This document shows positions 58,778 through 64,000 of a stretch of 64,000 nucleotides of DNA, piece by piece. Each line of letters opens with the position of its first letter. Position 1 is the stretch's first letter. The position numbers were made by a program, and so were the translations under genes. The stretch spans positions 352,001-416,000 of the forward strand of contig CAXXXD010000002.1 of assembly GCA_963663385.2 (NCBI GenBank), read 5' to 3'. The stretch is from Oceanispirochaeta sp. Lineage in GTDB: Bacteria; Spirochaetota; Spirochaetia; DSM-2461. The notes below the pieces were generated by a model that saw only the letters and a program-made list of their open reading frames with translations, was not told the origin of the DNA and searched no databases.

Positions 58778-59839
58778 ATGAGAACTAAAATTATTGCTGC
58801 AGTGTCTGTTGCACTGGTCACTGTCTGTCTGCTGGCAGGCTGTGAGAAGAAATCGGAGAGTAGCGCTGATGGATCAGCAGTGAAACAATCTAAAGAATTG
58901 ACCATGTATTGTGCTCTGCCTGAGACGGAGATCCCTTCATTTATAGATGCATTTAAAGAAGATACCGGTATAACAGTCAATTTTGTACGTCTTTCCGCCG
59001 GGGAGATCCTTTCCAAAATCCAGGTTGAAAAGAATAATCCTCAGGCCAGTATCTGGTATGGTGGAAACTGTGACTCCTTTATTGCCGCAGCCAACAATGA
59101 TCTTCTGGAAGCCTACCGGTCACCCGAACTGGCGAATATTCCCGAAGCTTATCAGGATCCCATTGGATACTGGTCTCCCGTTTATGTGGGCGCCCTTGCT
59201 TTTGCTGTTGATAAAGACTGGTTTGCCTCAAAAGGTCTGGAATACCCCAAATCCTGGAAGGATCTGCTGAAACCGGAATTTGAAGGACAGATATCCATGG
59301 CTCACCCCGGATCTTCCGGTACGGCATACACTATTCTGGCTACCATGGTTCAGATGCTGGGAGAAGAAGAAGCCATGGCTTATATGAAAGAACTGAATAA
59401 AAATATCCGTCAGTATACCAAATCAGGTTCCGCTCCTCCCAAGAATGTTGGTTTGGGTGAAGCCGCTATCGGTCTGGCATTCTCTCATGACTGTCTGAAA
59501 CCGGCTGTTCAGGGTTATCCTGTAGAAGTGTCTTTCGCCAATGACGGAACAGGTTATGAAATCGGCGCCATTGCCATGATTAAAAACGGTCCGGAAGATG
59601 AAGTGGAAAATGCCAAAGCATTTATTGACTGGGTACTGAGCAAGAAGGGGCAGGATATTTACTCTACCAACAACTCCTTCAGACTTCCTGTCAACTCCAC
59701 TGCCGTAGTTCCGGATGGAGCCATCAATATCAGTGATCTTCCCGTAATTGAATATGATTTCCTTTGGGCCGGAGAAAACAGAACCCGTCTGATTGATAAA
59801 TTCTCGGAAGTTGTAGCTGCAAAAGAAAATTTAAAATAA
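58778..59839 (+). CDS. afuA: ABC substrate-binding lipoprotein, AfuA/FbpA cluster (sugar-phosphate type)
   Basis: Lipobox LLAGC; EKNNPQA.IWYGG, PGSSGTAY, FSHD and GTGYEIG. ATG 58778 after AGGAGG. Confidence 0.8.
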   Translation: MRTKIIAAVSVALVTVCLLAGCEKKSESSADGSAVKQSKELTMYCALPETEIPSFIDAFKEDTGITVNFVRLSAGEILSKIQVEKNNPQASIWYGGNCDSFIAAANNDLLEAYRSPELANIPEAYQDPIGYWSPVYVGALAFAVDKDWFASKGLEYPKSWKDLLKPEFEGQISMAHPGSSGTAYTILATMVQMLGEEEAMAYMKELNKNIRQYTKSGSAPPKNVGLGEAAIGLAFSHDCLKPAVQGYPVEVSFANDGTGYEIGAIAMIKNGPEDEVENAKAFIDWVLSKKGQDIYSTNNSFRLPVNSTAVVPDGAINISDLPVIEYDFLWAGENRTRLIDKFSEVVAAKENLK

Positions 59840-59847
59840 ATACTAAT

Positions 59848-59881
59848 GGAACGGTCCTTTTACTGCATTCAGGGCCGTTCC
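59848..59881 (+). other. Intercistronic stem-loop after the SBP gene
   Basis: GGAACGGTCCT ... AGGGCCGTTCC, an 11-bp stem with one G-U pair. Confidence 0.6.
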
Positions 59882-59902
59882 TGTCTCATTCAGGAATAAA
59901 TC

Positions 59903-61591
59903 ATGAATAATCGCACCAAAGATTTTATATGGAAGCTGAATATGCTGCGGAAAGAGCCTTTGCTTGTTCTGCTGATCTTTATTATCTTGTCAGCTCTAAC
60001 CATTTTTGTAATTTTCCCGCTGATCATGATCGTCCGTTACAGCATTACGACTGATGACGGCGGTTACAGTATTCGTACTATTGTAGATGTAATAAAAAAC
60101 AGTTCTTACAGACTGACTTTTATGAACAGTATCAAATTGGGAGTAATCGCTGCGCTTATAGCCACAGTGATCGGATATATATTTGCTTTTACCATTACTA
60201 GAACAGAGGTCCCCTGCAAAGGTTTTCTTAAAACCATGGCGACCCTGCCTATCATATCGCCGCCTTTCGTTCTGTCCCTGTCCATAATCTTTCTTTTTGG
60301 TCGAAAGGGGCTGATCACTAACGGGCTGTTCGGATTGACAGACTTTAACGTATACGGAATGCACAGTCTGATACTGGTTCAGTCACTCTCCTTTTTTCCT
60401 GTTGCCTATCTGACCCTGACGGGGATTCTGGAAGCAATCGATTCTTCAGTGGAAGATGCCGCGCTGAATCTGGGGGCTTCCAGGTGGAAAATTTTCTGGA
60501 CTGTAACATTTCCCCTGTCCCTTCCCGGGATTTTCAGTGCCCTGCTGCTTGTTTTTATCCAGTCTCTTCAGGATTTCAGCAATCCTGCTGTAATCGGGGG
60601 GGGATTCCCCACTCTGGGTGTGGAAGCCTATCGGGTTATTACGGGAATGTACGATCTCAGAACCGGTGCCATCCTTTCGGTAATGCTCCTTCTTCCGAGT
60701 CTGGCAGCTTTCCTGCTGCAGAAGTACTGGGTAAGTGGAAAGGGATTTGTCACTGTAACGGGTAAACCATCCCAAAACCGTACGAAGATTGACCAGAAAC
60801 ATATTGTGATTCCGCTTTTTGGTGCCTGTCTGCTGCTCTGTGCCGTTATTGTCCTGTTCTACGGGACTGTAATTGTAGGTGCTTTTGTTAAAGTCTGGGG
60901 AATTAATTACAGCGTTACTCTGGATCATTTCCGCTATGTATTCTCAATCGGATTCAAGCCTCTGAAAAATGCTGTGATCCTGGCTCTGGCAGCAACTCCC
61001 ATTGCGGGACTGACAGGTATGGCCATCGCTTTCCTGACGGTCCGGAAAAAGTTTATCGGCAAGGGGTATATGAGCCTGGCTTCCCTTCTGACCTTTGCTC
61101 TGCCCGGTACGGTTGTCGGTATCAGTTACATCCTGGCATTCAATGACCGGCCCTTCCTTTTAACGGGGACTGCTTTTATCCTGATCTGTGTCTTTGTATT
61201 CAGGAATCTTCCGGTAGGGATTGAGGGGGCGACATCGGCTCTGATGCAGATTGATCCATCCATTGAGGAAGCGTCTGTGAATATGGGAGCAAACAGTTTT
61301 CAGACCTTCTTCTATGTTACTCTTCCCTTGATAAAGGGAGCCTTTTTCTCCGGCCTGGTTTACTCCTTTGTAAAAGCCATGACGGCGGTAAGCGCCATTA
61401 TCTTTCTTGTCTCGGCAAAATGGAACGTGGTTACCACCAGGATTTTCTCTCTGTTTGAAGTGAGTCAGTATAGTGATGCCGCTGCCTACATTGTCATTAT
61501 GATCTTTGTCATTATGGCAGCCATCTATGTTCTGAACTTCCTGGTTAATAGAATAAATTCTCCCCAAAAAGTTGTAAAAGCTAAGAGCTAA
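59903..61591 (+). CDS. afuB: ABC permease, AfuB/FbpB type (two fused TM domains)
   Basis: LPIISPPFV; two EAA loops (VEDAALNLGA, IEEASVNMGA); FVTVTGK. Confidence 0.85.
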   Translation: MNNRTKDFIWKLNMLRKEPLLVLLIFIILSALTIFVIFPLIMIVRYSITTDDGGYSIRTIVDVIKNSSYRLTFMNSIKLGVIAALIATVIGYIFAFTITRTEVPCKGFLKTMATLPIISPPFVLSLSIIFLFGRKGLITNGLFGLTDFNVYGMHSLILVQSLSFFPVAYLTLTGILEAIDSSVEDAALNLGASRWKIFWTVTFPLSLPGIFSALLLVFIQSLQDFSNPAVIGGGFPTLGVEAYRVITGMYDLRTGAILSVMLLLPSLAAFLLQKYWVSGKGFVTVTGKPSQNRTKIDQKHIVIPLFGACLLLCAVIVLFYGTVIVGAFVKVWGINYSVTLDHFRYVFSIGFKPLKNAVILALAATPIAGLTGMAIAFLTVRKKFIGKGYMSLASLLTFALPGTVVGISYILAFNDRPFLLTGTAFILICVFVFRNLPVGIEGATSALMQIDPSIEEASVNMGANSFQTFFYVTLPLIKGAFFSGLVYSFVKAMTAVSAIIFLVSAKWNVVTTRIFSLFEVSQYSDAAAYIVIMIFVIMAAIYVLNFLVNRINSPQKVVKAKS

Positions 61592-61603
61592 GAGGAATAA
61601 GCA

Positions 61604-62746
61604 ATGAGTAAAAATATGAGTATCGAAGAACAGATAAAAGCTCACAGCAGTAGTCTGAGGCTGAAAAATATTACAAAAACCTTCCCCAGTCTGGATGGCT
61701 CGGGAGATTTCACCGCAGTGGATTCCATCAATCTGGATATTAAGTCCGGAGAGCTGACAACCCTCCTGGGACCTTCCGGATGCGGTAAGACGACAACCCT
61801 CCGGATGGTGGCCGGATTTGAAAGCATTACATCGGGTTCTCTCCTTCTGGGAGAAGATTCTATTGAGAGTGTCCCCCCCAATAAGAGAGATATGGCCATG
61901 ATGTTCCAGAGTTATGCCCTGTTTCCCCATATGACTGTTTACAACAATATCCGTTATGGTCTTAAAATCCAGAAACTCCCCGAGAAGGAAATCCGGGAGC
62001 GAACGGAACAGATTATTGATCTGATGCAGATCCGCGGGCTGGAACACCGTCTGCCCTCCAATATCTCCGGCGGTCAGCAGCAGCGTGTAGCCCTGGCCCG
62101 TGCCGTTGTTATTGAACCGAAGGTACTTCTTTTTGATGAACCCCTCTCCAACCTGGATGCAAAACTGCGGGAGTATATGCGGGATGAGCTGAGGGCTCTC
62201 CAGAAACGCCTGGGAATTACCAGTCTCTATGTAACCCATGACCAGTCGGAAGCCATGGCTATTTCCGATAAGGTTGTTCTTATGAATAAGGGTAAAATCA
62301 TACAGGTCGGATCACCCAAGGAATTGTATAATGAGCCTGTTTCCCTGTTTGTCGCCGACTTTATCGGCAAATCCAACTTCCTGGACTGTCAGTCCGAGGG
62401 AATGTCTCAGGAATCGGCCATTGTGGAAATCCTGGGAAAGAAACTCTATCTGCCTGCTCCCGGAAAAGCCTATAAAGGCACAAAAGGCCGGATGACCGCT
62501 GTTGTCCGTCCCGAATCGGTTAAGGTCGGTCCTTCGGGTAAAGGTCTTTATGAAGGACGCATATGCAAAGCCGTATTCTTCGGAAATTATGTTGAGTATG
62601 ATGTCCAGGTGGGAGAAAAAAAACTTCGTGTAGAGGCTCCCCGTCCTCAGGAACAGGAACCTTTCCGGGTTGATGAGAGTGTGGGGATCTCCTTTGATCT
62701 GAACAGTGTCCGGCTTATAGACGAACTGCCGGAGAATATGGATTGA
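61604..62746 (+). CDS. afuC: ABC ATP-binding protein, AfuC/FbpC/PotA type
   Basis: GPSGCGKTT, FQSYALFPH, SGGQQQRVALAR and DEPLSNLDAKLR. Confidence 0.88.
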   Translation: MSKNMSIEEQIKAHSSSLRLKNITKTFPSLDGSGDFTAVDSINLDIKSGELTTLLGPSGCGKTTTLRMVAGFESITSGSLLLGEDSIESVPPNKRDMAMMFQSYALFPHMTVYNNIRYGLKIQKLPEKEIRERTEQIIDLMQIRGLEHRLPSNISGGQQQRVALARAVVIEPKVLLFDEPLSNLDAKLREYMRDELRALQKRLGITSLYVTHDQSEAMAISDKVVLMNKGKIIQVGSPKELYNEPVSLFVADFIGKSNFLDCQSEGMSQESAIVEILGKKLYLPAPGKAYKGTKGRMTAVVRPESVKVGPSGKGLYEGRICKAVFFGNYVEYDVQVGEKKLRVEAPRPQEQEPFRVDESVGISFDLNSVRLIDELPENMD

Positions 62747-63561
62747 CTTCTATGGTAAAACTGGCAGTCAGCGATATAGACGGGACCCTTGTTGATACGC
62801 AGAAACGGATCTCCCCTTTGAACAGAAAAGTCATTAAGGCATTTCAGGAGAAGGGCGGTGCGTTCACGCTTGCCACAGGGCGGATCGAAAGGTCCGCCAT
62901 TCCCTACTGCCGAGAACTGGATATTCAGGTTCCCCTTATCCTTTATAATGGAGCCAGAATTGTACACCCCGTCACCGGTCGTGTTTTATATGAAAAGGCC
63001 CTCAGTGAGGCGGATGTCACCAGGGCGCTGGTTTTAAGGGAAATGTATCCTCTGGACTACATTATCTACTCTGACGGGGAGCCATATGTATTCGGCCGAA
63101 GCGAAAATATTCTGACCTTTGAAAAAGGTGATGGATATGAATGCAACGTTATTGGTTCTTATGAAGAATTAAAGGGCAGATCCGTTACAAAAATCCTGAT
63201 GATCGGAGATAACGCCTTTTTCGACGGATACCGGAATGATTTCAGCCGGGATAAGGAAGCAAGTGCCGTGCTGGTTCAGTCCGAACCCACATACCTGGAA
63301 ATCCTTCCGGCTGGAGTGAATAAAGGAACCGCGCTGGAACAGCTGGAGATGATCCTGGGTATAGACAAGGATGAAGTCATCTGTTTCGGCGACAACATGA
63401 ATGATGTTGAGATGATTCGCCGGGCCGGTATCGGTGTGGCCATGGGGAATGCCGGGGCGGAGGTAAAAGCTGCCGCGGATTGTATTGCCCCCGATCATAA
63501 TGACGATGGCGTTGCCCGGGTTCTGGCCCGGGAAGCGGATCTATCAGATATCAGTATTTAA
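62743..63561 (+). CDS. Cof-type HAD IIB phosphatase
   Basis: DIDGTL, ATGR, YNGA, NKG.AL, FGDNMND.EMI..AG.GVAMGNA and DGVA. Confidence 0.95.
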   Translation: MTSMVKLAVSDIDGTLVDTQKRISPLNRKVIKAFQEKGGAFTLATGRIERSAIPYCRELDIQVPLILYNGARIVHPVTGRVLYEKALSEADVTRALVLREMYPLDYIIYSDGEPYVFGRSENILTFEKGDGYECNVIGSYEELKGRSVTKILMIGDNAFFDGYRNDFSRDKEASAVLVQSEPTYLEILPAGVNKGTALEQLEMILGIDKDEVICFGDNMNDVEMIRRAGIGVAMGNAGAEVKAAADCIAPDHNDDGVARVLAREADLSDISI

Positions 63562-63587
63562 AAAAGTATAGAACAGTCCTCTGTCCC

Positions 63588-63635
63588 TCTCCCGGTTGTG
63601 CTATTCCCATTTCTGCAGCCGGGGGAGATTTTTTT
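63588..63635 (+). terminator. Probable rho-independent terminator after the HAD gene
   Basis: Bulged GC-rich stem (TCTCCCGGTTG / CAGCCGGGGGAGA) followed by T7. Confidence 0.5.
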
Positions 63636-64000
63636 ATAAACTGTTATTATGCAAATGATACCCATTCCGGTTCGCCCGGGGAGTTCGTATAGTTATGGGG
63701 ATAATCGTGTTACTTTTTTACGACTTGCTCGGTTTCGCTTGTACCGTTGGGTTATACGGAAGGCAGTCTGAACTGGTCAGCCATAACCGTTGCAGATGAA
63801 AAATTCTTAAGCAGATACCAGGATTTCCCAAATATGGCGGCAATGACAGAATTAGTGATTTAGGAAGAAAAAGTTCCGGACAGAATCGAGTTATTCTAAA
63901 AGCAACCATTGGGAATCTGTCATTAGGCAGTACAGATTCCCATGATGATGTGCCCGGCAGTTTTTATATAATCGATTTATGCCGGAACCGGCTCAGGCTT

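Noticed and set aside
58778..62746. Annotation as a ferric iron ABC transporter
   Set aside because: The SBP lacks the FbpA tandem Tyr-Tyr iron ligands, has AfuA-type motifs, and sits under LacI-type operators with a phosphatase.
63718..63909. 63-aa minus-strand ORF, or a known riboswitch/6S/SRP RNA in the tail
   Set aside because: No RBS or protein motif, and no hallmark RNA motif recognised by eye.

Overview
A gene-dense 64 kb bacterial chromosomal segment with about 55 CDS. It is probably from a free-living anaerobic spirochaete (Spirochaetaceae-like); this is inferred from signal-peptide style, lipoboxes and gene content, not from a marker gene. I found no rRNA, tRNA, CRISPR array, transposase or integrase. 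Content is mostly nutrient scavenging and regulation. From left to right: the end of a sugar ABC operon with an HD-domain/MggS-like GT4 fusion and a putative glycosidase; an FHA-LuxR regulator; a GH65 phosphorylase; MATE and Nudix genes; a ROK-linked sulfatase/rhamnose mutarotase/ABC cluster; an AraC-arylsulfatase pair; a psuK-psuG operon extended by a cytoplasmic molybdopterin oxidoreductase; a GGDEF-EAL protein; a FadR-MBL-TRAP operon; a sigma54-driven peroxiredoxin divergent from a NorR-like activator with three enhancer boxes; a vapBC pair; an MCP; a standalone fabF; a diguanylate cyclase; and an LplABC-like transporter with a membrane AraC regulator. The last 14 kb form a phosphate-ester cluster in which paired CACACGTGTG operators link an RxGRGD-type (likely PPi-dependent) ribokinase-family kinase to an AfuABC-like importer and a HAD phosphatase. 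REP-like hairpin clusters and an unannotated 53-aa secreted ORF are also present. All family calls come from motif recognition by eye; no database search was run.
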